DNA of 64,000 nt from Sphingomonadales bacterium. Its GTDB lineage: Bacteria; Pseudomonadota; Alphaproteobacteria; Sphingomonadales; Sphingomonadaceae. Below, in pieces: positions 46,490 to 56,254 of this stretch. The first letter of the stretch is position 1, and the number at the start of each line of letters is the position of its first letter. The DNA lies in NCBI GenBank assembly GCA_031418495.1, contig JANOXQ010000121.1, positions 1,858-65,857 of the forward strand, given 5' to 3'. The position numbers were made by a program, and so were the translations under genes. The notes beneath the pieces were generated by a model. It was given only the letters and a program-made list of their open reading frames with translations, was not told where the DNA came from and did not search any database.

Positions 46490-46852
46490 ATGACTGGCAA
46501 CCTTGACAAATCCGAACCTGTCCGATATGAAGGACAAATTGTCGTCTTTGAGACGGAGCAATTCCGCGACTGGCTTGATGGCCTGCGTGATGGGAAAGCG
46601 CGTCTGAGGATCGACGATCGGCTGCGGCGTCTTGCAAATGGCAATGCTGGTGATACAAAATCGGTGGGCAACGGCGTGCAGGAGTTACGGCTGCATTTCG
46701 GCCCCGGTTACCGCGTATATTATATATGGCAGGATGGTGTCCTTATCATCCTGTTATGCGGCGGGGACAAAGGTTCGCAGGCCCGCGACATCTTAAAGGC
46801 CAAGGAACTCGCGAAGGAAGCAGGTAATGGCATTGAAGGTCTTCCCATTTGA
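46490..46852 (+). CDS. RelE/ParE-superfamily addiction module killer (HigB-like) toxin; true start uncertain
   Basis: FRDWLDGLRD..RIDDRLRRL..GDTKSVG.GVQELRLHFGPGYRVYY..LLCGGDKGSQ. Confidence 0.9.
   Translation: MTGNLDKSEPVRYEGQIVVFETEQFRDWLDGLRDGKARLRIDDRLRRLANGNAGDTKSVGNGVQELRLHFGPGYRVYYIWQDGVLIILLCGGDKGSQARDILKAKELAKEAGNGIEGLPI
46503..46536 (+). promoter_or_regulatory. TA promoter/operator: TTGACA -35 and TGTCC-N8-GGACA palindrome
   Basis: TTGACA at 46503-46508; inverted repeat at 46519-46536 covering the -10 region. Confidence 0.55.
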
Positions 46853-47117
46853 TCCAGCACGGCATATCGAAACCGAGGAAGACATCCTCTATTATCTCGA
46901 AGCGGCGATGGAGGGGAATGACGCTCGACATATCGCCCGCGCGCTTGGCGATGTCGCTCGCTCCAAGGGCATGACCGAGATTGCCAAGAAAACGGGGCTT
47001 GGGCGGCAAGCGCTTTACACTGCATTATCTGAGAACGGGAACCCTACGCTCGAAACGCTCACATCGGTGCTTGGCGCGCTTGGGCTTGAACTTACGGTGC
47101 AGAAAAAGGCAGCCTGA
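46827..47117 (+). CDS. addiction module antidote protein (XRE HTH antitoxin)
   Basis: FDPARHIETEED..ALGDVARSKGMTEIAKKTGLGRQALY.ALSENGNPTLETL. Confidence 0.92.
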   Translation: MALKVFPFDPARHIETEEDILYYLEAAMEGNDARHIARALGDVARSKGMTEIAKKTGLGRQALYTALSENGNPTLETLTSVLGALGLELTVQKKAA

Positions 47118-47118
47118 C

Positions 47119-47280
47119 ATGCGTACAATCGTCGTCAGAAACGTACCGGAAGATCATATGCGCGCATTGCGTGAAGAAGCGGCCGAACGGGGCATATCTG
47201 TTAATGATGTACTCCTTGAAATGATCAAGGAGCATGTCGAGCGGTATCGGACAATGAAGGCGCTGGAGAAGGCGGCTTAA
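47119..47280 (+). CDS. FitA/Arc-like ribbon-helix-helix small protein
   Basis: MRTIVVRNVPED..ALREEAAERGISVN pattern; ATG 47119. Confidence 0.7.
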   Translation: MRTIVVRNVPEDHMRALREEAAERGISVNDVLLEMIKEHVERYRTMKALEKAA

Positions 47281-47285
47281 CTACG

Positions 47286-47483
47286 ATGTCGAAATCGCAG
47301 ACTGCCACTAATCCTGAATGGCTGCACAACAGCCATGCTGGCGAACTGCTGGTCTCCGCCTCGCGCGTTATTTCGATATGTCGGAAGGCTTTTTTCCTTG
47401 GGCTTCAACTTGATCATGAATTACTCGAAGTGAAGCGCGCATTGAATGGTGAACTGGATCGAATTATTCCGCGCGCAGCCTGA
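47286..47483 (+). CDS. hypothetical small protein
   Basis: 65-aa ORF 5 bp after the RHH gene, same strand; no motif recognised. Confidence 0.4.
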   Translation: MSKSQTATNPEWLHNSHAGELLVSASRVISICRKAFFLGLQLDHELLEVKRALNGELDRIIPRAA

Positions 47484-47503
47484 CAGGCTTTCAAACCAAT
47501 CGA

Positions 47504-48748
47504 TCAGCCACTAGAGCGATCTCCTCCGAATGCGGTGATATAGGCGTCAATCAGCGCCTTTTTCTGAAAATCCCAACTCAGTTCATTTTCGAAGCGTGCG
47601 CGCCCGAATGTTGCCATTTCGGCACGAATTTCAGGGTTATCGATCAGAAAGATGATTTTTTCGGCAAAATCAATCGGATCATTTGGTGCGGCATAAAGTG
47701 ATGCTTTATCAGCACTAAACCGCCCCTCAACCACGTCAAACTGAACAATCGGTTTTGAAAATGCGAGATATTCCAGGATTTTGTTCATTGTGGAAATATC
47801 ATTCATCGGATTAACCCGATCAGGATTAACACCAACATCTGCTGTTGAGAGCACCTCAAACAGATCGTCGTCCGAAACGCGCCCGGTAAATGTGATAAAG
47901 TCCGATAGCCCCTTCTTTTCCGCCATCGCAATCAAGCCAGCCAGTGATGGCCCACCGCCGACGAGGCAGAATTGAATGTCGTGGCGCTGTTTCACGAACA
48001 CAATATGCGCCACCGCCTCGATAAGAAGATCAATCCCCTCTTGCTGCCCCATCACCCCAACATAACCAACCAGATAATTACGACCATTGCGCCATGATGC
48101 GACGGGCGGCACCACCTTAATCCGGTCGGTTTCTGGCCCTGAGCGAACAACAAACACCTTGTCCGGTGCCATTTTGCCACGTTCAATCGCAACCTTGCGG
48201 TATGATTGGTTGGTGGCGATTGAGACATGGGCGGACGCAAATGTGATCCGTTCAAACAGCTTCATCAACTGCCAAAAAAAGCCACGCTTATTGAATTTTG
48301 CTTCATAAAGCTCCGGGTTCACGTCGTGATGATCAAAAATATATTTGACACCAAAAATTCGGAACTGCCACGCAATCAGAAAGATGAGGTCAGGCGGATT
48401 ACAGCCATGAATCACGTCAAACCGTCGCGTCAGAAATATCCGCCACGCCAGCACCGTTTCCCAAAATAAGGCGGCACCATATTCGCGCAAATATCCAAGC
48501 GCATTATCGGCATCGGGCGGCATCGGGTGGCGATAGATATCGATCCCCTCAAGCGTTTCTTTGCGAAGTGTTGCGCCTTTGCCAAGCGGGCAAATGATCG
48601 AAACTATGGCCCCTGCTCCACGAAGCGTACGGGCCTCCTGCCAAACCCGCCGATCAAAGGGGAGGGGCAGATTTTCAACAATGATCAACACCCGCTTGCC
48701 AGCCAACAGCTGTTGAGCTTCACCCTTATGCTCGCGCGCTAAACTCAC
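47504..48748 (-). CDS. glycosyltransferase family 4 (GT-B)
   Basis: VENLPLPFDRRVWQEA, HGCNPPD, FDHHD and NKILEY motifs. Confidence 0.9.
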   Translation of the reverse strand: MSLAREHKGEAQQLLAGKRVLIIVENLPLPFDRRVWQEARTLRGAGAIVSIICPLGKGATLRKETLEGIDIYRHPMPPDADNALGYLREYGAALFWETVLAWRIFLTRRFDVIHGCNPPDLIFLIAWQFRIFGVKYIFDHHDVNPELYEAKFNKRGFFWQLMKLFERITFASAHVSIATNQSYRKVAIERGKMAPDKVFVVRSGPETDRIKVVPPVASWRNGRNYLVGYVGVMGQQEGIDLLIEAVAHIVFVKQRHDIQFCLVGGGPSLAGLIAMAEKKGLSDFITFTGRVSDDDLFEVLSTADVGVNPDRVNPMNDISTMNKILEYLAFSKPIVQFDVVEGRFSADKASLYAAPNDPIDFAEKIIFLIDNPEIRAEMATFGRARFENELSWDFQKKALIDAYITAFGGDRSSG

Positions 48749-50016
48749 TCAACAACACTCACATCGATGATGTTTTCGGTTTGGAAATTGAGTGTTTTAT
48801 GAAGCCTTGTCGTGCCAATGACGAGATTATAGCTTCGGCTTTCAGCCGTGCTTTTATCAATCAGTAACGAATCAACCGCCGGCAGGTTGGCATAGGCATA
48901 ACCCAAATTCTGCCCAACGAGCTTGGCTGGGGTGAGTGCAGGATCATATATGTCGAGCTTATAGCCAGCGGCCAGCAGTTTGCGCGCCAAGTCTATCGAT
49001 GGGCTTTCGCGCAAATCATCGGTTTTGTCTTTGAACGCAAGCCCAACCATTAGAACATGATCGTTCTGATGAAGCAATTTTTCGACGCGCAGAAATTGAA
49101 AATGCTTATGCGCCTCATTGCTGCGCACGAGAGAATCAACAATCGGCGTGTTTGCGCCAAGTTCGGATGATATATACTGCAGTGCCCTTACATCTTTTGG
49201 TAGGCATGATCCACCAAACGGGCCACCAGGCCGCAAATAATAGGGCGATATGTTTAGCTTTGTATCTGAAACGAATATCTCATGTACCTTGGTAGCCGAG
49301 ATATTGAGAAGCCCGCAAACACGCCCTATTTCATTGGCATAGGCCACCTTAAGTGCGTGCCAGCTATTATCAACAAATTTGGTGAGCTCAGCTTCAGCAA
49401 AATGAACATTGAATATTGGTGCATCAATCCCAGCATAGAGCGCTGTTAGCGCTTCGGAGGGAAGCCCATCAGCCGTACCAACCACTATCTTTGGCGGATT
49501 GAAATAATCGTCTACCGCTGACGCCTCTCGCAAAAATTCCGGATTATAGACAAGTTCGATCAAACCACTGCTATGCTCACCCAAGCGCGAGCGAAAAATC
49601 GGCGCTACCATTGCGTCAATCGTCCCGGGCCGCATAGTTGACCGGTAAATCACAGTCAGCGCCTTGGCACGTTCAGGTTTGATCGCGGCGGCAATCTGCT
49701 GCGTAACCTGAATTATATAGCTCATATTATGCGCGCCGTCGGCCCCGCTCGGCGTTCCAACACAAACAATTGCTATGTCACAGCTACCAAGCTCATCGCC
49801 AATATCGGTCGAAGCCCTAAGCCGCCCGTCGACAAGCGCACTGGCCAGCATGTCAGCAACCTTAGGCTCGCTAATCGGTGATTGACCGCGCGCAATCATA
49901 TTCACTTTGTCAGCGCTTACATCGAAGCCGATCAAATCATGACCCTGGCTTGTCAAACACGCAACGGCTGTACACCCGACATAGCCAAGACCAAGCACAG
50001 CAATTCTCATAAACAT
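48745..50016 (-). CDS. UDP-glucose/GDP-mannose dehydrogenase family (AlgD-like)
   Basis: GLGYVG, CVGTP, YNPEFLRE, GGSCLPKD and DDLRESP motifs. Confidence 0.92.
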   Translation of the reverse strand: MFMRIAVLGLGYVGCTAVACLTSQGHDLIGFDVSADKVNMIARGQSPISEPKVADMLASALVDGRLRASTDIGDELGSCDIAIVCVGTPSGADGAHNMSYIIQVTQQIAAAIKPERAKALTVIYRSTMRPGTIDAMVAPIFRSRLGEHSSGLIELVYNPEFLREASAVDDYFNPPKIVVGTADGLPSEALTALYAGIDAPIFNVHFAEAELTKFVDNSWHALKVAYANEIGRVCGLLNISATKVHEIFVSDTKLNISPYYLRPGGPFGGSCLPKDVRALQYISSELGANTPIVDSLVRSNEAHKHFQFLRVEKLLHQNDHVLMVGLAFKDKTDDLRESPSIDLARKLLAAGYKLDIYDPALTPAKLVGQNLGYAYANLPAVDSLLIDKSTAESRSYNLVIGTTRLHKTLNFQTENIIDVSVVE

Positions 50017-50270
50017 CTCCGGTCGTCACGCAGGCTCAGCCCGCTACGCGTTCGCCTTGCCACGCACAATATAAATTAGTGGTTACGCGACAAAGTGACG
50101 CCATAGTTATGACATGATTCTAGCTGTAAATAATTCATGGCCTGAGACATATTGGCCGGTTTACCCTTTTTCATTTTGCGCAATCGTGTGTCCGTCGGTA
50201 TAGCAATTTTTTTGAGGGGTGAGGCACAGGCCAGACTCCATTTTTGATATTGATCCAAGGAGATCCTGAT

Positions 50271-51170
50271 ATGCGCCGATTTGCCCTTTCTGCCACTACG
50301 CTTGCGTTGGCGCTTACTTTGTCCGCTTGTGGAGAAAAAGAAGGTGCGTCTCTTGAAAAAGGTCAGGTATTGGCAACCGTCAATGGCACAGATATCACCG
50401 CCAATGAACTCAACGCAGAGCTAATTGGGGCGCAACTGCCTGCCGCTGGCGAACAGCGGAAAGCCATTGAACAGCAGGCATTGCAAGGTTTAGTCGATCG
50501 CACAATTCTTTCTGGCATTGCTCGGGAAAAAGCGCTTGATAAATCGCCAATCTTTGTTTCGCAGAAGCGTCGTGCCGAGGAAAATTTGCTCGTCCAGCTT
50601 TTGCAACGTGACATTGCAAGCAAGATTTCTCCAACGACACCTTTAGAAGCTAAGAGTTTCATGGAGAGCAACCCGCAACTTTTCACAGACCGTAAGATTT
50701 ATCAACTTGACCAGATTCAGTTCCAGATGCCAAAGGATCTTAGTAAGTTAAAAGCCTATGAACCCCTGAAAACTATGGAAGAAATTGCGCTTCAGCTAAC
50801 CCGTGATGGCTTACAATATCGTCGTGCACCGGGGGCGCTTGATCCAGTCGCAACGGCCCCTAACATTCTTAGCCAGATTACATCAAAACCTCAGGGCGAA
50901 ATCTTTATTATCCCTGCCAACGGTGCGCTGGTCGCAACGCGGATTGTTGGTTCAAAGCCTGAGCCGTTTTCTGGCCAGAAGGCTGAGGAATTTGCGATGA
51001 GTGCAGTCCAACAGAAAAAAATTGCTGCGGCGACCGAAAAGGAACTTGCGGAGCGGATTAAAAAGTCGCGTGAGGCTGTGAAATATCAGGAGGGTTATGC
51101 GCCGCCTAAGCAACCAGCGGGTGCCATCACACCAGTAACACCAGCAGCCCCCGCGCCAGCGGGGGGCTAA
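50271..51170 (+). CDS. EpsD-family peptidyl-prolyl isomerase lipoprotein
   Basis: Lipobox LSAC; GQVLATVNGTDIT..ELNAE SurA-like N-terminus; ATG 50271 after AAGGAG. Confidence 0.8.
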   Translation: MRRFALSATTLALALTLSACGEKEGASLEKGQVLATVNGTDITANELNAELIGAQLPAAGEQRKAIEQQALQGLVDRTILSGIAREKALDKSPIFVSQKRRAEENLLVQLLQRDIASKISPTTPLEAKSFMESNPQLFTDRKIYQLDQIQFQMPKDLSKLKAYEPLKTMEEIALQLTRDGLQYRRAPGALDPVATAPNILSQITSKPQGEIFIIPANGALVATRIVGSKPEPFSGQKAEEFAMSAVQQKKIAAATEKELAERIKKSREAVKYQEGYAPPKQPAGAITPVTPAAPAPAGG

Positions 51171-51191
51171 GCAAGGGTTGGCGTAACTCCA

Positions 51192-52820
51192 GTGCGAAAC
51201 GCAATCTTAGGGAGGCTTAACGAAGTACGCGCGTCGGACGGCATGTCTGCCGTAGCGCGTTTTCTAAAGGCGCTTTGGACGCGTCCAGCGCCAGCACTCG
51301 CACCCTATCATCAGCCAATAGCACCGCTCAGGCGCGCTGTTAAAAAAACCGCTGCCATTTCCTTGATCATCCTAATCGGGATGATTTACGGTCTGTTGAT
51401 TTCGATTTTCCCGATATTTCTCTATCTTTATCTCGCCGTTCCCGTTGGCATCTTGATACTGCTGGTTATCTGGGCCTTACCTGAGAACGAAAATATTCCA
51501 GTCAAGTCTATAAACTGGCTGTTTTTCGCTATTTTGACGACGAGTTGCCTATGGCCAAACTATATCGCCATCGCAATTCCAGGCCTGCCATGGATTACAT
51601 TCATGCGGCTTTGGTCGATTCCAATGACGCTTTTGTTTGTGATCAGCCTGTCGATGTCACCCAGATTCCGCCGCGAAGTGGGTGAGTGGTTCGCGACGAG
51701 CTCACCGATTTTGTGGATGATGCTCACTTTTGTTGCGCTCAGCTTTCTCACAATCCCAATGTCGTCGCGTCCTTTTGGTGCGTTCAATCGGGTCCTGATC
51801 AATCAGTTTGAATTGACGACAGTGTTTTTTGTGGCGTGCTATTTGTTCCGCAAATCAGGGCAAGTTACGAAGTGGGCGCACCTATTCTGCGGCTTTGCTA
51901 TTTTTCTAGCGTTATTTAGCGTGGTTGAATATATCAATGGACAAGTTCCATGGGCCAACCATATTCCTTCATTCTTCAAGATTCAGAGCGACTTGGTTGA
52001 GGCGATTTTACAAGGGGGCGCAAGATCTGCCACTGGTCAATACCGTGTCCAAAGTATATTTACGACCAGCCTAAATTTCGCTGAGTTTCTGGCACTTGCA
52101 ACCCCGTTTATGTTACATTTTATTGTGACTGCAAAGCGCCAGCTAATCCAAGGTGCGTTGATTGTTTACATTCCTTTTTCATTCTGGGTCATCTTCAAAA
52201 CGGATTCGCGCCTCGGCATGATTGGGTTTTTTGCATCGATTTTAATCTATGCGCTGCTGTGGGGTATCAAGCGTTGGCGCCGCGATAGCCACGGCCTTAT
52301 TGCACCCGCTTTAGTACTTGCTTATCCTGCGATTATCGCAGCTTTCTTTGCTTTGACCCTAATATGGCGGCGGCTAGAGGTTATGGTCTGGGGCGGCGGG
52401 CCACAACAGGCGAGCAATGACTCACGTGTATTCCAATGGGTTGGTGCTATGCGCGAATTCAAACAATGGCCATTTGGCAGCGGCCTCGGCGAAGCAGGAG
52501 AGCTGGTTGGCTATTATGATCAGGCTGGGCGCTTGTCGCTTGACAGCTACTATATAACTATTCTCCTCGATTATGGCTTGATTGGTTTTGTTGCCTTCTA
52601 TGGAATGTTCATTGTTGCCATTATCAAAGCCATCAAACTGGGCCTCGAAACCAAGGATGAAGAAACTGAACTCCTCATCCCACTTGGGATCATGCTGACC
52701 GTGTTTGTGATTATCAAGGGCGTGCTGAGCCAAGAAGATAATCATACGCTGGTATTTATAGCGCTTGGAGCAACCGTCGCGCTTTATCACCGGGCAATGT
52801 TCAAACCACGTCAAACATGA
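51192..52820 (+). CDS. Wzy/O-antigen ligase-like polysaccharide polymerase
   Basis: About 12 TM helices, RVQSIF..FAEFLAL, TDSRLG and DSYYITILLDYGLIG motifs; start may be ATG 51243. Confidence 0.75.
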   Translation: MRNAILGRLNEVRASDGMSAVARFLKALWTRPAPALAPYHQPIAPLRRAVKKTAAISLIILIGMIYGLLISIFPIFLYLYLAVPVGILILLVIWALPENENIPVKSINWLFFAILTTSCLWPNYIAIAIPGLPWITFMRLWSIPMTLLFVISLSMSPRFRREVGEWFATSSPILWMMLTFVALSFLTIPMSSRPFGAFNRVLINQFELTTVFFVACYLFRKSGQVTKWAHLFCGFAIFLALFSVVEYINGQVPWANHIPSFFKIQSDLVEAILQGGARSATGQYRVQSIFTTSLNFAEFLALATPFMLHFIVTAKRQLIQGALIVYIPFSFWVIFKTDSRLGMIGFFASILIYALLWGIKRWRRDSHGLIAPALVLAYPAIIAAFFALTLIWRRLEVMVWGGGPQQASNDSRVFQWVGAMREFKQWPFGSGLGEAGELVGYYDQAGRLSLDSYYITILLDYGLIGFVAFYGMFIVAIIKAIKLGLETKDEETELLIPLGIMLTVFVIIKGVLSQEDNHTLVFIALGATVALYHRAMFKPRQT

Positions 52821-53497
52821 TGATAGATGAAGCAAGCGCGTCCCGTGAAACGCTCTATAGTGACAAAATCGCCAGTTACTTCTCTGGCGCGCGGCATGAT
52901 ATGGTTGCACTTCTTTCAACAAAGCAGTCAGCCCATATTCTCGAAATTGGCTGCGGCGATGGCGCGACTGGTGCGGCTGCGCTGGCAGCAGGAAAAGCGA
53001 TGCATTACACTGGCGTTGAACTGATGCCTGAGGTAGCTGAGCTGGCGCGCGACCGCCTTCAAACCGTTATTACTGGAAATATCGAACGACTTGATCTGAA
53101 CCAGTTTCAAGGTCAGTTTGACGCGCTGATCATGAGTGAAGTGATCGAGCATTTGGTCGATCCGTGGGAAACGCTCGCACGGCTGATCTCTTGCCTAAAA
53201 CCCGGTGGTGAAATCATTGCAAGCTCCCCCAACGCCGCGCACCGCAAGGTGATTGCCGGTCTAATCGCAGGCCGGTTTGAATATGCGGCTGAGGGCGTAA
53301 TGGATCGCACCCATTTGCGCTGGTTCACGCCACATTCCTATCGAGCATTGTTTGAACGCGCCGGATTTATCGATGTGCGGATGATGCCGGTCCGGCGTCC
53401 CAGACTCCTGCCCCGCCTGTTCAATCGTCTCACTGCTGATCGTTATGCGCACCTATCAATGACGCAAATCATGGTTCAAGCCCGCAAGCCGCTATAA
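52817..53497 (+). CDS. class I SAM-dependent methyltransferase
   Basis: ILEIGCGDG, EVIEHLVDPW, SPN and DRTHLRWFT motifs. Confidence 0.9.
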   Translation: MMIDEASASRETLYSDKIASYFSGARHDMVALLSTKQSAHILEIGCGDGATGAAALAAGKAMHYTGVELMPEVAELARDRLQTVITGNIERLDLNQFQGQFDALIMSEVIEHLVDPWETLARLISCLKPGGEIIASSPNAAHRKVIAGLIAGRFEYAAEGVMDRTHLRWFTPHSYRALFERAGFIDVRMMPVRRPRLLPRLFNRLTADRYAHLSMTQIMVQARKPL

Positions 53498-53506
53498 TTA
53501 GGACAT

Positions 53507-56236
53507 CTAACCTTTGGCAGCGGCGAGCAGCATATCCTCAAGTCCGCGTAGTCGGTGCGGATCAACAATCTTCTCGCCAGTCAAATCGGTCACATAAAAT
53601 GTATCAACCGCGCGTTCGCCGTAGGTTGCGATGTGCGCTGAACGGATCGTAACGCTTGATTGGAATAGCGCATGTGCCAGCGCATTGAGCAGCGCTGGGC
53701 GATCCTGCGCATTCACCTCGGCCACTGTGTAACGATTGGATGCGCCATTATCGATCAGCACATTGGGCACGACCGTAAACGCGTGGGCGCGTGCCCGTGG
53801 TAACGGTCTGGCCGCGAGCCGCTCGGTCAATTTGCTGCGATTGGTGAGAACATCCTCGATTCCCGCCTCAATCCGCTTGAGCCGCGTTGGATCATCAAAA
53901 GGTTGGCCAAAGGGGTCTTGAATCAGAAAATTATCAAGCGCCATCCCGTCACGTGTCGTGTGAATACGCGCATCGATAATGCTGCCGCCTGCAAGATGGA
54001 TCGCCCCTGCCACTCGGTAGAAAAGCCCGGGATGATCGGCGGCATAAACAGTCACAAGCGTAGCGCCGCGTTCCGGATAGATTTGCGCTGAAATCGATAG
54101 TGGCTTATCGCCAGCGCCGTCAACATGGCGTGCATTCCGTTCCAATATATCTGCAGGTTCGGCAATCCAGTAAGCCTCCGGCAGTCGCTTTTTAAGCGCA
54201 GCAAACTTGCTCGCAGACCAGCCAAGCGACTCCTGTAAAGCCTCCTGCTTGGTGGTGACTCTTTCCTTACGGCCTTTCTGCTTATGGCCCAGGCGAAGCA
54301 CCTCTTCAGCCGCATTGAACAGATCAGACAGTAATTGTCGCTTCCAGCTATTCCAAACGCCGGGGCCAACCGCACGAATATCGACCACTGTGAGAATGAG
54401 CAGCAGCCTCAACCGTTCGGGCGATTGGACAATTTCTGCAAAATCGAGGATAGTCTTGAAATCAGACAAATCACGCTTGAAGGCTGTCGCCGACATTTGG
54501 AGATGCGCGCGCACCAACCAAGCTGTCGTTTCGGTCTCCGCCGCAGTCATGCCGAATCGCGGGCAGAGCTTTTCGGCGACTTGCCCGCCAAGCACACTAT
54601 GATCGCCGCCACGCCCTTTTGCGATATCGTGGAGGAGGACAGCGGCATAAAGCACCCGGCGCGAAACAATCTGTTTGACGATCGCGGTGGCAAGGGGGTG
54701 GTCATCGCCAAATTCGCCCTTTTCGATTTTCGCAAGCAGGCCGATGGCGCGGATGCTATGTTCATCAACGGTATAGTGGTGATACATATCAAACTGCATT
54801 TGGGCTACGACACGGCCAAAGTCAGGCACGAAGCGGCCGAACACTGTCGCTTCATTCATCCAACGCAGCACGGTTTCTGGATCACGTTGGCTGACCAATA
54901 TATCAACGAACATGGCATTGGCGCGCGGGTTTGCGCGCACACTTGAGTCAATCAGCCGCGCATCACGGTTTGCAGCACGCATGGCTTGCGGGTGGATATC
55001 CACCTGATGCTTGTCGGCAAGCGCAAACAGTTCAATCAAACGCACTGGATCGCGTTCAAACCAATCGTCCGACGGCAGCGCGAGCCGACCGCGATCAAGC
55101 ACGAACCCTTGTAAGTCTCGCGGAGAACGGCGTAGCCCAGCAAGCGAGAAGCGCCTTCCCTTGGGCGCAAACTGATCATCAAGGTGGGCCAAAAACACGC
55201 CGGTTAAATCGCCAACTTGTTTCGCAATCAGGAAATAATGCTGCATAAAGCGTTCAACCGCTGAGCGCCCCGGCCGATCCGCGTAGCGCATCCGTGTTGC
55301 GATTTCTCGTTGTACGTCAAAGGTTAGCCGCTCCTCACCGCGATTGGTGATCGCGTGGAGGTGGCAGCGCACCGCCCAAAGGAAATTCTCGGCCTTTTGA
55401 AACTGGCGCAGCTCGGCCTTGGTCAGCAAACCGCGCTCAACCAGTTCAGCGACGCTCCCCACCCGGTGCATATATTTACCGATCCAAAACAAGGTATGGA
55501 GATCGCGCAGACCACCTTTACCTTCCTTCAAGTTCGGCTCGACGACATAGCGGCTATCACCCATCCGCTTGTGCCGGATGTCGCGCTCGGCAAGTTTTTC
55601 TGCAACAAAGCTACGGGCGGTGCCAGCCACCACCTCAGCATCAAAACGTGCCGAGGCCTCATCATAAAGCGGCTGATCGCCCCAGACATAACGCGCCTCA
55701 AGTAGTGCCGTGCGGATCGTAAGATCGCCCTTTGCCATGCGGATCATTTCATCGAGTGAACGGCTTGAATGGCCAATTTTCAGACCCAAATCCCAGAGGG
55801 TATAAAGGATCGACTCAATCACTTGCTCAGTCCAGCCTGTTTGCTTCCACGGCGTTAGAAACGCGATATCAACGTCTGAGTGGGGTGCCATTTCGCCGCG
55901 CCCATAGCCGCCGACCGCAATGAGAGCGATCCGTTCAGACGCGGTCGGGTTGTTAAGTGGATACAGCCGTTCGCGCGTAAAATCGAAGGTTACGCGCAAA
56001 ATCTGATCAATCAGAAACGCTTGTGCGGCGGCGGCCTCACGCCCGGCTTGTGGATGCAACGCCAATCGTGCGGCAATCTCGGCGCGTCCTGCCTCAAGTG
56101 CAGGCTTGAAGATTGCGGTTGACGCCGCACGCATCTCACTAGCAGTACCGCCTTCAATCGCGGCGAGCCGGTCAGCAAGAGTACGCCGATCAATAATCGC
56201 GCGGCGATTGTTTAGTTGATCAAAACGGGAGGCCAT
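53507..56236 (-). CDS. glnD: [protein-PII] uridylyltransferase GlnD
   Basis: AVGGYGRGEMAPHSDVD, EPNLKEGKGGLRDL, YHHYTVDEH, LLHDIAKG; two C-terminal ACT domains. Confidence 0.97.
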   Translation of the reverse strand: MASRFDQLNNRRAIIDRRTLADRLAAIEGGTASEMRAASTAIFKPALEAGRAEIAARLALHPQAGREAAAAQAFLIDQILRVTFDFTRERLYPLNNPTASERIALIAVGGYGRGEMAPHSDVDIAFLTPWKQTGWTEQVIESILYTLWDLGLKIGHSSRSLDEMIRMAKGDLTIRTALLEARYVWGDQPLYDEASARFDAEVVAGTARSFVAEKLAERDIRHKRMGDSRYVVEPNLKEGKGGLRDLHTLFWIGKYMHRVGSVAELVERGLLTKAELRQFQKAENFLWAVRCHLHAITNRGEERLTFDVQREIATRMRYADRPGRSAVERFMQHYFLIAKQVGDLTGVFLAHLDDQFAPKGRRFSLAGLRRSPRDLQGFVLDRGRLALPSDDWFERDPVRLIELFALADKHQVDIHPQAMRAANRDARLIDSSVRANPRANAMFVDILVSQRDPETVLRWMNEATVFGRFVPDFGRVVAQMQFDMYHHYTVDEHSIRAIGLLAKIEKGEFGDDHPLATAIVKQIVSRRVLYAAVLLHDIAKGRGGDHSVLGGQVAEKLCPRFGMTAAETETTAWLVRAHLQMSATAFKRDLSDFKTILDFAEIVQSPERLRLLLILTVVDIRAVGPGVWNSWKRQLLSDLFNAAEEVLRLGHKQKGRKERVTTKQEALQESLGWSASKFAALKKRLPEAYWIAEPADILERNARHVDGAGDKPLSISAQIYPERGATLVTVYAADHPGLFYRVAGAIHLAGGSIIDARIHTTRDGMALDNFLIQDPFGQPFDDPTRLKRIEAGIEDVLTNRSKLTERLAARPLPRARAHAFTVVPNVLIDNGASNRYTVAEVNAQDRPALLNALAHALFQSSVTIRSAHIATYGERAVDTFYVTDLTGEKIVDPHRLRGLEDMLLAAAKG

Positions 56237-56254
56237 ACGCGCCTTTTGCCGAAC

